A DNA stretch of 46,811 nucleotides, taken from NCBI GenBank assembly GCA_964592165.1, contig CAZQEJ010000001.1, positions 19,527 to 66,337 of the forward strand, read 5' to 3'. Under the pieces are notes generated by a model that saw only the letters and a program-made list of their open reading frames with translations, made no database searches and was not told the DNA's origin. This document shows positions 26,705-34,413 of this stretch, one piece after another (position 1 is the first letter of the stretch; every line of letters starts with the position of its first letter). The position numbers were made by a program, and so were the translations under genes. The stretch comes from an uncultured Ilumatobacteraceae bacterium (lineage in GTDB: Bacteria; Actinomycetota; Acidimicrobiia; Acidimicrobiales; Ilumatobacteraceae).

Positions 26705-28222
26705 GTGCCGTTTGATCCGATCACCTCACCGACGACGAGCCAGGGCGTGCTGCGCGAGCCGGCGTTCGTCCACGCCGGGCAGGAGCCCTCTGCTCTGGCC
26801 CACCTCGAGCGTTACGCGGCGGCGCACGGGCGCCGGCCGAACATCTTGTTCATCTTGATGGACGACGTCGGCTGGGGCGACTTCGGCTGCTATGGGGGCG
26901 GCGTCGCCCTCGGCGCGCCGACGCCGCACATCGACCGGCTCGCGGCCGGCGGCCTGCGCCTGACATCGTGCTACTCCGAGCCGAGTTGCACGCCGAGCAG
27001 GGCGACGCTGATGACCGGCCGGCTACCCTCGCGCCACGGGTTGCAGCGTCCGCCGATGTACGGCGAGCGCGGCGGTCTGCACGGCGAGGTGACCGTCGCC
27101 GAGTTGCTCTCCTCCGCCGGCTACGCCACCCGCTGCGTCGGCAAGTGGCACATCGGGGAGAACCGGGAGAGCCAGCCGCAGAACGTTGGGTTCGACGACT
27201 TCTACGGCTTCTTGTCGGTCAGCGACATGTACAGCGAATGGCGTGACCCGCACTACTTCCCCGAGGTCGTCTACTCGGAGGAACGTACCGAATGGATCCG
27301 CAACCTGCCGTTCAACCGCTGCTTCGTCCACGCGACGCGCGGCGGCGAGGTCGAGGAGGTGGAGGAGGTCGACATCCCCTGCCTGTCGACGCTCGACGAC
27401 AAATGGTGCCGCTACTCCGAGCAGTTCATCGCCGAGGCGGCCGGTTCGGCCGCGCCGTGGTTCCTGTACCACAACACACGTGGTGCGCACTTCGACAACT
27501 ACCCCGCCGAGCGCTGGCTCGGGGTCAGCCCGGCCAAGCATCCCTACCGGGACACGATCGTCGAGCTCGACGACGTCGTCGGTCGCCTGCTCGGGGCCCT
27601 CGCCGACAGCGGCCAGCTCGAGCACACGCTGGTCGTCGTCTCCAGTGACAACGGCCCGCACATGGAGAACTGGCCCGACGCCGGCTACACGCCGTTCCGT
27701 TCGGCGAAGGGCGGTACGTGGGAGGGCAGCGTACGGGTCCCGGGGATCCTCTCCTGGCCGGGAATGATCGAACCGGGTCAGGTCAACGACGGCATGTTCT
27801 CCTTCGCGGATCTGCTGCCCACAGCGCTGCGGCTCGCTGGTGTGCCCGACGCAGTTCCCGGTGATCGCTACATCGACGGTGTCGACCAGACGTCGTTCCT
27901 GCTTACCCGCGACGGTGCGTCGAACCGCAAGTTCCACTACTACTGGCTGCTGAGCAATCTCGCCGCCGTGCGTGCCGGCGAGTACAAGTTCACGCTTCGC
28001 TCGACGAGTGACAACGCCACCGACGTCGCCGGTCGGGGCGGGTTCACCGGGGTGGACCAGGCGTACACCTACCCGCGGGTGCACAACCTGTACCTCGATC
28101 CGAAAGAGGAGCACAGCTACCTGACCCGCAAGCTCGCCTACGTCGACGTGTTCGGTCACGCCGTGCGCGACCACCTCGGCACCTATCGTGTCCAACCGGC
28201 AAGCCAGGTCGGACAGGCCTGA
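26705..28222 (+). CDS. Formylglycine-dependent sulfatase (arylsulfatase family)
   Basis: 505 aa from the GTG at 26705 (GGGGGA RBS). Contains LMDDVGWGD and the CTPSRATLMTGR sulfatase signature. No N-terminal signal peptide is evident. Confidence 0.85.
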   Translation: MPFDPITSPTTSQGVLREPAFVHAGQEPSALAHLERYAAAHGRRPNILFILMDDVGWGDFGCYGGGVALGAPTPHIDRLAAGGLRLTSCYSEPSCTPSRATLMTGRLPSRHGLQRPPMYGERGGLHGEVTVAELLSSAGYATRCVGKWHIGENRESQPQNVGFDDFYGFLSVSDMYSEWRDPHYFPEVVYSEERTEWIRNLPFNRCFVHATRGGEVEEVEEVDIPCLSTLDDKWCRYSEQFIAEAAGSAAPWFLYHNTRGAHFDNYPAERWLGVSPAKHPYRDTIVELDDVVGRLLGALADSGQLEHTLVVVSSDNGPHMENWPDAGYTPFRSAKGGTWEGSVRVPGILSWPGMIEPGQVNDGMFSFADLLPTALRLAGVPDAVPGDRYIDGVDQTSFLLTRDGASNRKFHYYWLLSNLAAVRAGEYKFTLRSTSDNATDVAGRGGFTGVDQAYTYPRVHNLYLDPKEEHSYLTRKLAYVDVFGHAVRDHLGTYRVQPASQVGQA

Positions 28223-28242
28223 GCGGCCGCTCAGGCCTGTCC
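28211..28242. terminator. Perfect 32-bp palindrome spanning the sulfatase stop codon (probable bidirectional terminator)
   Basis: GGACAGGCCTGAGCGG / CCGCTCAGGCCTGTCC, read directly. It lies between the convergent genes ending at 28222 and 28277. Confidence 0.55.
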
Positions 28243-28276
28243 GCCTCGATCACGGCCGAGCTGGACACGCCGGCGG

Positions 28277-28765
28277 TCAACGTTTGCCCAGGGCCTCCGG
28301 CAGGCCGACCCAATCGTGGTGGGCGATCCGCAACGTGCTGGGCAGGCGCTCCACCTGACGTGCAGCGAGGGGTGGAGCCTTGCGCCGCACAGCCAAGGCG
28401 TCGTAGCCGCCTTCCCGACCGCGGTAGGCCATCCCGAAGCGCACACAACGCTCCAGGGCCCGGCTGAACGGTCCGTGACGCCCAGGAACGAGAGTCAGGC
28501 CGAGAGAGGCCGCTGTCTGGACGAGGTCGAGCTCGTAGCCCTGCGGATACTCCTCCAGGCCCGCGGCGAGTCGGCGGAGCAGCCAGGTCGCGGTCGGCCC
28601 GAGGATCCCCAGCCAGAACAGCTCGACGTACCGGCCGTCGATCGGGTGGCCGCAGGCCTCGACGACAGGGTCGTCCCACGGGCGGACGATCAGGTGCAGT
28701 GGGCGATGGGGTGCGTCCGCCGCGGCGGAGGAGGAGTGCGGTCGGTCGTCGATCGTCTCGGGCAT
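28277..28765 (-). CDS. Conserved hypothetical protein (162 aa), possibly a helical or wHTH-like fold
   Basis: ATG at 28765 with a GGGAGG RBS. Good codon bias. The remainder of the 470-aa track ORF is antisense to the ThiF gene and is rejected. I recognise no family. Confidence 0.55.
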   Translation of the reverse strand: MPETIDDRPHSSSAAADAPHRPLHLIVRPWDDPVVEACGHPIDGRYVELFWLGILGPTATWLLRRLAAGLEEYPQGYELDLVQTAASLGLTLVPGRHGPFSRALERCVRFGMAYRGREGGYDALAVRRKAPPLAARQVERLPSTLRIAHHDWVGLPEALGKR

Positions 28766-28885
28766 GGCAGCCTCCCGGTGCTGGGCAGGGTTCGGGGGAA
28801 GCGACCTCCAGGTGTGCCCGGTTGTTTCGCTCCCGGCAATCGGCGAGATGGAACCAATCCCGACCAACCGAGTAGGCTTTAGATC

Positions 28886-30049
28886 ATGGCAACGTTTCGT
28901 GACCTGCTCGACGCTGCCCGGGCCGAGATCGTCGAAGTCGACACGGCCGGGGCAGAGTCGATGATCGCCGGCGGCGCGGCGGTTCTCGACGTGCGTGAGC
29001 CCGAAGAGTACGAGCAGGGCGCGCTGGTCGGGGCGGTGCACATCCCCCGCGGGCATCTCGAGTCCCAGATCGAGGCTCGGTTGGTGGACAAGAGCGCCCC
29101 GATCGTCGTCTACTGCGCCGGCGGTGTCCGCTCGGTCTTTGCCGCGCGAACGATGCAGGAGCTCGGCTACGGCGGCGTCGTGTCGATGGCGGGTGGGTTC
29201 GGCAAGTGGAAGGACGAAGGCCGGGCCTGGCGCACGCCGGTGTCGCTCACCGCCGATCAACGCAATCGGTACATGCGCCACCTCCTGCTGCCTGAGGTCG
29301 GCGTCGAGGGTCAGGTCAAGTTGCTCGGCTCGAAGGTCCTCCTCCTCGGCGCCGGCGGTCTCGGCTCCCCGGCCGCGCTGTACCTCGCAGCCGCTGGGGT
29401 GGGCACGATCGGGATCGTCGACATGGACGAGGTCGACGCGTCCAACCTGCAGCGCCAGATCCTGCACAACATGGATCGCATCGGGGATCGCAAGGTCGAC
29501 TCGGCAAAGAAGACGATCGCCTTGCTCAACCCGGACGTCGACGTCGTCACCTACGACACCCGGCTCGACGCGTCGAACATCGTCGAGATCATCTCCGGCT
29601 ACGACGTGATCGTCGACGGGGCGGACAACTTCCCCGTCCGCTACCTGCTCAACGACGCGAGCGTGAAGCTCGGGATCCCGGTCGTCCACGGCTCGATCTT
29701 CCGCTTCGAGGGGATGGTCTCCGTGTTAGATCCGCGGCACGGGCCGACCTACCGGGACATGGTTCCCGAGCCGCCGCCCGCGGAGCTCGCCCCGAGCTGT
29801 GCCGAGGCGGGCGTGCTGGGGATGCTCCCCGGGCTCGTCGGCACGATCCAGGCGATCGAGACGGTCAAGGTCCTCCTCGGCCTGGGCGACCCGTTGGTCG
29901 GGCGGATCCTCGCGATCGACACGTTGGAGATGAGCTTCCGGACGTTCAACCTCCGTCCCGACCCGGACAACCAGGTCACATTCGCCAACCGCGAGCGGAT
30001 CGTGATCCGTGATCTGGAAGGGCTCTGCGCCCCCGGCCTGACCCACTGA
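28886..30049 (+). CDS. Rhodanese-ThiF/MoeB (E1-like adenylyltransferase/sulfurtransferase) fusion, rhodanese domain N-terminal
   Basis: 387 aa. Residues ~1-115 are a rhodanese domain (active loop VVYCAGGVRS). Then RYMRHLLLPEVG, LLGAGGLGSP (ATP-binding), DASNLQRQ and SCAEAGVLG (conserved Cys), which are MoeB/ThiF/MoeZ motifs. Confidence 0.85.
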   Translation: MATFRDLLDAARAEIVEVDTAGAESMIAGGAAVLDVREPEEYEQGALVGAVHIPRGHLESQIEARLVDKSAPIVVYCAGGVRSVFAARTMQELGYGGVVSMAGGFGKWKDEGRAWRTPVSLTADQRNRYMRHLLLPEVGVEGQVKLLGSKVLLLGAGGLGSPAALYLAAAGVGTIGIVDMDEVDASNLQRQILHNMDRIGDRKVDSAKKTIALLNPDVDVVTYDTRLDASNIVEIISGYDVIVDGADNFPVRYLLNDASVKLGIPVVHGSIFRFEGMVSVLDPRHGPTYRDMVPEPPPAELAPSCAEAGVLGMLPGLVGTIQAIETVKVLLGLGDPLVGRILAIDTLEMSFRTFNLRPDPDNQVTFANRERIVIRDLEGLCAPGLTH

Positions 30050-30203
30050 CGCACGCTGGGCGGTCCGCAACGGCGACGTTCCGCTGCGGATCGTCTCGTC
30101 GGAGACCCCGTTGCTAGGTTCCGCTCCGACATCGCCGTTCACAGCAGGGGGTATCCGGGATGACTCGCCGTGGCACGCTGAGCCGTTCTCGCGTCGGGGT
30201 CCG

Positions 30204-32447
30204 ATGAACACCCGGCGCTGGGCGGTCCCCTTCGGGGTGATCGTCGTCTGCGTCGTGATCGGCTTCGAGACGTGGGCAGGGCGCCAGCTCACCGCCCAGT
30301 CCGTCGTGCGCACGGTGATGTTCGCCCTGCCCTCGGCGGGGATCTACGCGATCGGGGCGACGGGGCTCGTCGTCGTCTACTCCTCTACGGGGGTGTTCAA
30401 CTTCGCCCAGGGCGCGGTCGGGATGTGTAGCGCGTTCATGTACTGGGAGCTGAGCGTTCGGCATGGTTGGCCGGTGTGGCTCTCCCTGCTCGCGGTGATC
30501 TGCGTGTTCGCCCCGTTGATCGGGATCGTCCTCGATCGCTTGGCGATGCGCCGCCTGGCGCGCACCGTGCTCGTCAACCAGTTGATCGCCACCGTCGGGA
30601 TCATGATCGCCCTGATCGGCCTGGCGAACGTGATCTGGCCGCCGACGAAGGCCTATCCGTTGCGCGGTCTGGGGGGCCAAGGCGGGATCACGATCTCCGG
30701 GGTGATGCTCAGTTGGCATCGGGTGATCACCATCGGTGTCGCCCTCGCCCTCGCCCTCGCCCTGCGCCTCGTGCTCTTCGGCACCCGCCTGGGGATCGCC
30801 ATGCGCGCCGTCGTCGACGATGCCGAACTCGCCCAGTTGCATCGCGTCCAGCCGGGGAGGATCTCCTCCACGGCGTGGGTGATCGGTTCGATCTGCGCCG
30901 CGTTCGCCGGGATCCTGATCGCCCCGGAAGTCGGCAACATGAGCGCCGAGACGCTCAGCATGTTGATCATCAACGCCTTCGCCGCGGCGGTGATCGGTCG
31001 TCTGCGCAGCCTGCCGTTGACCTACGCCGGTGCGTTCGCTCTGGGGTTGATCGTCTCGTTCTCCAAGTCGTACCTCTCCTTCGGGGGGCGGTGGTCGACG
31101 GTCACTCCCGCCTTGCCGGCGATCGTTCTGTTCGGGGCGCTGCTCCTGCTCCCCCCGGCAGGGATCCACGTCGGGCGGATCGTGCGCACCTACCCGATGG
31201 AACGCCCGGCGACGCTGCGCTCGACGCTGATCGGGAGCGCGACGTTGATCGTCGCCGCACTGTTGCTCTCCCCGCTGCTGTCCAACGTCAACCTCTCCCG
31301 CCTGACCGTCGCGGTGACGACCGGTGCGATCCTCCTCAGCCTCGTTCCGCTGATCGGCTGGGCCGGCCTGCCGTTCCTCGCTCCGCTGGCCCTGGCCGGA
31401 TTCGGGGCGTGGCTCACGTGGCGGCTGACGGAGTGGATGCCTGGACTGCTGGCGATGCTCGTCGCCGGCGTCGTCAACGCGCTGATCGGAGCCATCGTCG
31501 CCCTCCCCGCACTGCGCCTGCGCGGCCTGTACCTCGCCCTCAGCTCGATCGCCTTCGCCTCGGTCGCGGTGAGCGTGATCTTCGCCCAGCCGGAGTTGTT
31601 CTCCGGGCCTCGCCAGCTGCGCCGCCCGACCCTGTTCGGCATCTCCCTGCAACAGAAGGAGCGTTACCTCGTCTTCGCCGTCGTCGTCTACGCGATGATC
31701 GCGATCGGGCTTGCTGCGGTGCGCCGCTCCGAGTTCGGACGGCGGATGGTCGCCTGCCGGGACAGCGAAGCCGCCGCGTCGTGCCTGGGGATCTCCCTCG
31801 TGGAGACCAAGCTCGTCGTGTTCGCCCTGGCCGGCTTCGTCGCCGGGGTGAGTGGCGGGTTGTACGGGTTCGGCCAGGAGTTCCTCAGCGCCGAGCAGTT
31901 CCCGATGATCCTCGGCCTGGCATTGATCCTGAGCATGACGGTGTGGGGCATCGGAGTCGTCAGCGCCCCGCTCGTCGCCGGGTTGACCGCCGCTCTGCTG
32001 GCGACGCTCAGCCACGACTGGGCACCGGGGACCTTCACCCGGGCTCTCGAGCTCGTCGGTCCGGGACTTGCTGCGCTCGCCCTGACCAGCCTGCCCCGGG
32101 GACAGATCCCGGAGATCACCGAACGTTCCCGGCGGGACCCGCTCGGCTCGGTGATCCGCCTCGCCGCGGTTGCAGCCGGGGGCACGATCGGGGTCGTCGC
32201 CCGCCTCCCTGGGTTCGTCGGGTTCCTCCTCGCCGTCACCGGATACATCGTCGCCGATGCGGTCTCCTCGGCGATCCGTGAGCGGCGCTCCGAGGCACGC
32301 ATCCGGCTGGCCGGCGCGGCGTTGGACGAGAGCACCCCGGTCGACGCCGCGCAGTGGACCGTCGGGCTCACCCAACCGTTGACCCCCGTCGTGCGCCGGC
32401 GGATCGACGACTACCTCCGGCTGCCAGCGATGGGGGAGCGGCGATGA
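30204..32447 (+). CDS. Fused LivH-LivM type branched-chain-amino-acid-family ABC permease (747 aa)
   Basis: ATG at 30204, where codon bias becomes coding-like. Two permease modules (NFAQGAVGM... and later LSLVPLIGWAGL...) plus an extra N-terminal TM segment and a C-terminal extension of about 100 aa. Confidence 0.85.
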   Translation: MNTRRWAVPFGVIVVCVVIGFETWAGRQLTAQSVVRTVMFALPSAGIYAIGATGLVVVYSSTGVFNFAQGAVGMCSAFMYWELSVRHGWPVWLSLLAVICVFAPLIGIVLDRLAMRRLARTVLVNQLIATVGIMIALIGLANVIWPPTKAYPLRGLGGQGGITISGVMLSWHRVITIGVALALALALRLVLFGTRLGIAMRAVVDDAELAQLHRVQPGRISSTAWVIGSICAAFAGILIAPEVGNMSAETLSMLIINAFAAAVIGRLRSLPLTYAGAFALGLIVSFSKSYLSFGGRWSTVTPALPAIVLFGALLLLPPAGIHVGRIVRTYPMERPATLRSTLIGSATLIVAALLLSPLLSNVNLSRLTVAVTTGAILLSLVPLIGWAGLPFLAPLALAGFGAWLTWRLTEWMPGLLAMLVAGVVNALIGAIVALPALRLRGLYLALSSIAFASVAVSVIFAQPELFSGPRQLRRPTLFGISLQQKERYLVFAVVVYAMIAIGLAAVRRSEFGRRMVACRDSEAAASCLGISLVETKLVVFALAGFVAGVSGGLYGFGQEFLSAEQFPMILGLALILSMTVWGIGVVSAPLVAGLTAALLATLSHDWAPGTFTRALELVGPGLAALALTSLPRGQIPEITERSRRDPLGSVIRLAAVAAGGTIGVVARLPGFVGFLLAVTGYIVADAVSSAIRERRSEARIRLAGAALDESTPVDAAQWTVGLTQPLTPVVRRRIDDYLRLPAMGERR

Positions 32448-33178
32448 GCCCGCGCAGCTTGCTCGAGATCACGGATGTCACGGTCCGCTTCGGGGGCCTG
32501 GTCGCTGTCAACGCCGTGTCGCTGGCGATCGAAGAGGCGCAGATCACCGGGATCATCGGTCCCAACGGCGCGGGGAAGACGACGCTGTTCAACGTGATCG
32601 CCGGGATCCAGCCACCGACGCGGGGGACGGTGGCCTTCGCCGGGCAGGACATCACCCGCTGGGCGCCGCACAAGCGGGGTCGGTCCGGCATCGCCCGTAC
32701 GTTCCAGCGCCTGGAGGTGTTCGGCACGCTGACGACGCGGGAGAACATCCTCGTCGCCGCGGAGACCCGCCGCAGGTGGGACCACTCCGTGCGCCCCGGG
32801 GCAGTGGCCGATGAGCTGATCGAGCGGCTCTCCCTGGGTGCGGTCGCCGACATCGAGGCGGACACCCTGCCCACCGGGACGCAGCGCCTCGTCGAGCTCG
32901 GCCGCGCGCTCGCCGCCGGACCACGCTTGTTGCTCCTGGACGAGGCCTCCTCGGGTGTCTCCAACGCGGAGACCGAAGCGATGGCTGGCGTGATCCGCGG
33001 GCTCGCCGCGGACGGGTTGACCGTCGTCCTGGTGGAGCACGACATGGCCTTCGTGATGGGGCTGTGCGAGCGGATCGTGATGCTCGACCATGGTGCGCTC
33101 GTCGCCGACGGCACTCCCGAGGAGATCCAACGTGACCCGGCCGTGCAGGCCGCCTATCTCGGGACGGGGGAGCGATGA
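32444..33178 (+). CDS. ABC transporter ATP-binding protein (LivG-like)
   Basis: ATGA overlap with the permease stop. Walker A GPNGAGKTT, signature region and Walker B LLLLDEASSG. Confidence 0.9.
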   Translation: MSPRSLLEITDVTVRFGGLVAVNAVSLAIEEAQITGIIGPNGAGKTTLFNVIAGIQPPTRGTVAFAGQDITRWAPHKRGRSGIARTFQRLEVFGTLTTRENILVAAETRRRWDHSVRPGAVADELIERLSLGAVADIEADTLPTGTQRLVELGRALAAGPRLLLLDEASSGVSNAETEAMAGVIRGLAADGLTVVLVEHDMAFVMGLCERIVMLDHGALVADGTPEEIQRDPAVQAAYLGTGER

Positions 33179-33918
33179 GCGAGGGGAAGCCGGCGGTCAG
33201 CGCTCCGATTCTCGAGCTCGAGGGCATCCACGCCGGGTACGGGCACATCGATGTCCTCCACGGCCTGTCGCTCGACGTCTCCCAGGGCACGGTGTTGGCC
33301 TTGCTCGGTTCCAACGGGGCGGGGAAGTCGACCACGGTACGGGTGATCAGCGGGCTGCTCAAACCGTCACGTGGTCGGGTCCTGCTCGCCGGGCACGAGG
33401 TGACCGGCGTCAGCGCGGAACGGATCGCCGCGGCCGGGGTGTGCGTGGTGCCCGAGGGACGGGGGGTCTTCCCCCGGTTGTCGGTCGAGGAGCACATCAA
33501 GCTCGCCGCCCCCTCGCGCAAGCGGGCACCCGTCGCGCTAGAGGTCGCCTTCGCCCAGTTCCCCCAGCTCGCGGCGCGTCGCAAGCAGCTCGCCGGGACG
33601 ATGTCGGGTGGCGAGCAGCAGATGCTCGCCCTGGCCCGGGCGATCGTCCTCAATCCGCCGTTGTTGGTGATCGACGAACTCTCGATGGGCCTCGCGCCGC
33701 GCATCGTCGCCCAGCTCTACGAGCACGTGCGCGCCCTCGCCGACCGCGGGCTGACGATCGTCGTCGTCGAGCAGTTCGCTCACGACGTGTTGGGGATCGC
33801 CGACTCGGCCGTCGTCCTCCAACAGGGCAACGTCGTTCGGACCGGACGCCCCGAAGAGGTCGCCGGCGACCTTGCAGAGCTCTACTTGGCAGCATCGGAC
33901 AAAGGAAACGCTCACTGA
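33175..33918 (+). CDS. ABC transporter ATP-binding protein (LivF-like)
   Basis: ATGA overlap with the LivG-like gene. Walker A GSNGAGKST, signature MSGGEQQML and Walker B LLVIDELSMG. Confidence 0.9.
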   Translation: MSEGKPAVSAPILELEGIHAGYGHIDVLHGLSLDVSQGTVLALLGSNGAGKSTTVRVISGLLKPSRGRVLLAGHEVTGVSAERIAAAGVCVVPEGRGVFPRLSVEEHIKLAAPSRKRAPVALEVAFAQFPQLAARRKQLAGTMSGGEQQMLALARAIVLNPPLLVIDELSMGLAPRIVAQLYEHVRALADRGLTIVVVEQFAHDVLGIADSAVVLQQGNVVRTGRPEEVAGDLAELYLAASDKGNAH

Positions 33919-34319
33919 TGGCAGCAACGCAGAACCCGACTCCTGCTGACGGCACCGGCTCGGATCGCAACGGTCCGGCGATGTCGGCCGCCGGCCGCGC
34001 CGAGTTCGAGGCGGAGGTCTCGCGCCTCCGCGCGTCGAACACCAGCGGTCCCACCGATCAGAAGGCCGGGATCGCCGGCGTCGTCGTCGCCGTCGTCGGC
34101 CTGGTCGTGATCCTCGTCTGCTACTCGCAGACCCGCAATGACAGCGATCAGCGCGACCAGATGGAGAGCCTCGTCCTCGCCCTGTTCGGGCTCGGCCTGG
34201 TGATCCTCGGCAGTGTGATGTACCTGCGCAACTCGCTGACCCGCTTCTTGCGCTTCTGGCTCGTGCGCCTGATCTACGAGCAGCGCGACCTCGCCCGCGG
34301 CGACGAGCGCTCGCGCTGA
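33918..34319 (+). CDS. Small two-TM membrane protein (133 aa), translationally coupled to the LivF-like gene
   Basis: Its ATG shares one nucleotide with the LivF-like TGA (TGATG). Two hydrophobic helices (IAGVVVAVVGLVVILVCY and LVLALFGLGLVILGSVMY). Coding-like GC3. I recognise no family. Confidence 0.55.
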   Translation: MAATQNPTPADGTGSDRNGPAMSAAGRAEFEAEVSRLRASNTSGPTDQKAGIAGVVVAVVGLVVILVCYSQTRNDSDQRDQMESLVLALFGLGLVILGSVMYLRNSLTRFLRFWLVRLIYEQRDLARGDERSR

Positions 34320-34345
34320 CCGCATTCTCTCCCGGCCGAACGCGC

Positions 34346-34377
34346 CGGTGCCGGCCGGATCGCTCCGGCCGGCACCG
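34346..34377. terminator. Hairpin between the convergent ABC operon and the first binding-protein gene
   Basis: CGGTGCCGGCCGG-atcgct-CCGGCCGGCACCG forms a perfect 13-bp stem. A second small hairpin (AGCGGGC-cggg-GCCCGCT) follows at 34391-34408. Confidence 0.5.
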
Positions 34378-34413
34378 TGGCATGGCTGGGAGCGGGCCGG
34401 GGCCCGCTGATCG

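Noticed and set aside
28766-29689. N-terminal 308 aa of the 470-aa track ORF 28277..29689
   Set aside because: This portion is antisense to the ThiF/MoeB domain. A strong RBS plus ATG at 28765 defines a compact 162-aa gene instead.
30050-30203. 154-nt non-coding region upstream of the ABC permease as a candidate riboswitch or leader
   Set aside because: It has lower GC3 and is non-coding, but I could not fold it by eye into a convincing conserved structure or match a known riboswitch core. A covariance-model scan would be needed.
30114-32375. 753-aa minus-strand ORF antisense to the LivHM permease
   Set aside because: It is a shadow frame of a well-supported membrane-protein gene. The composition is dominated by Arg/Asp/Gly/Pro/Glu runs with no domain signatures.
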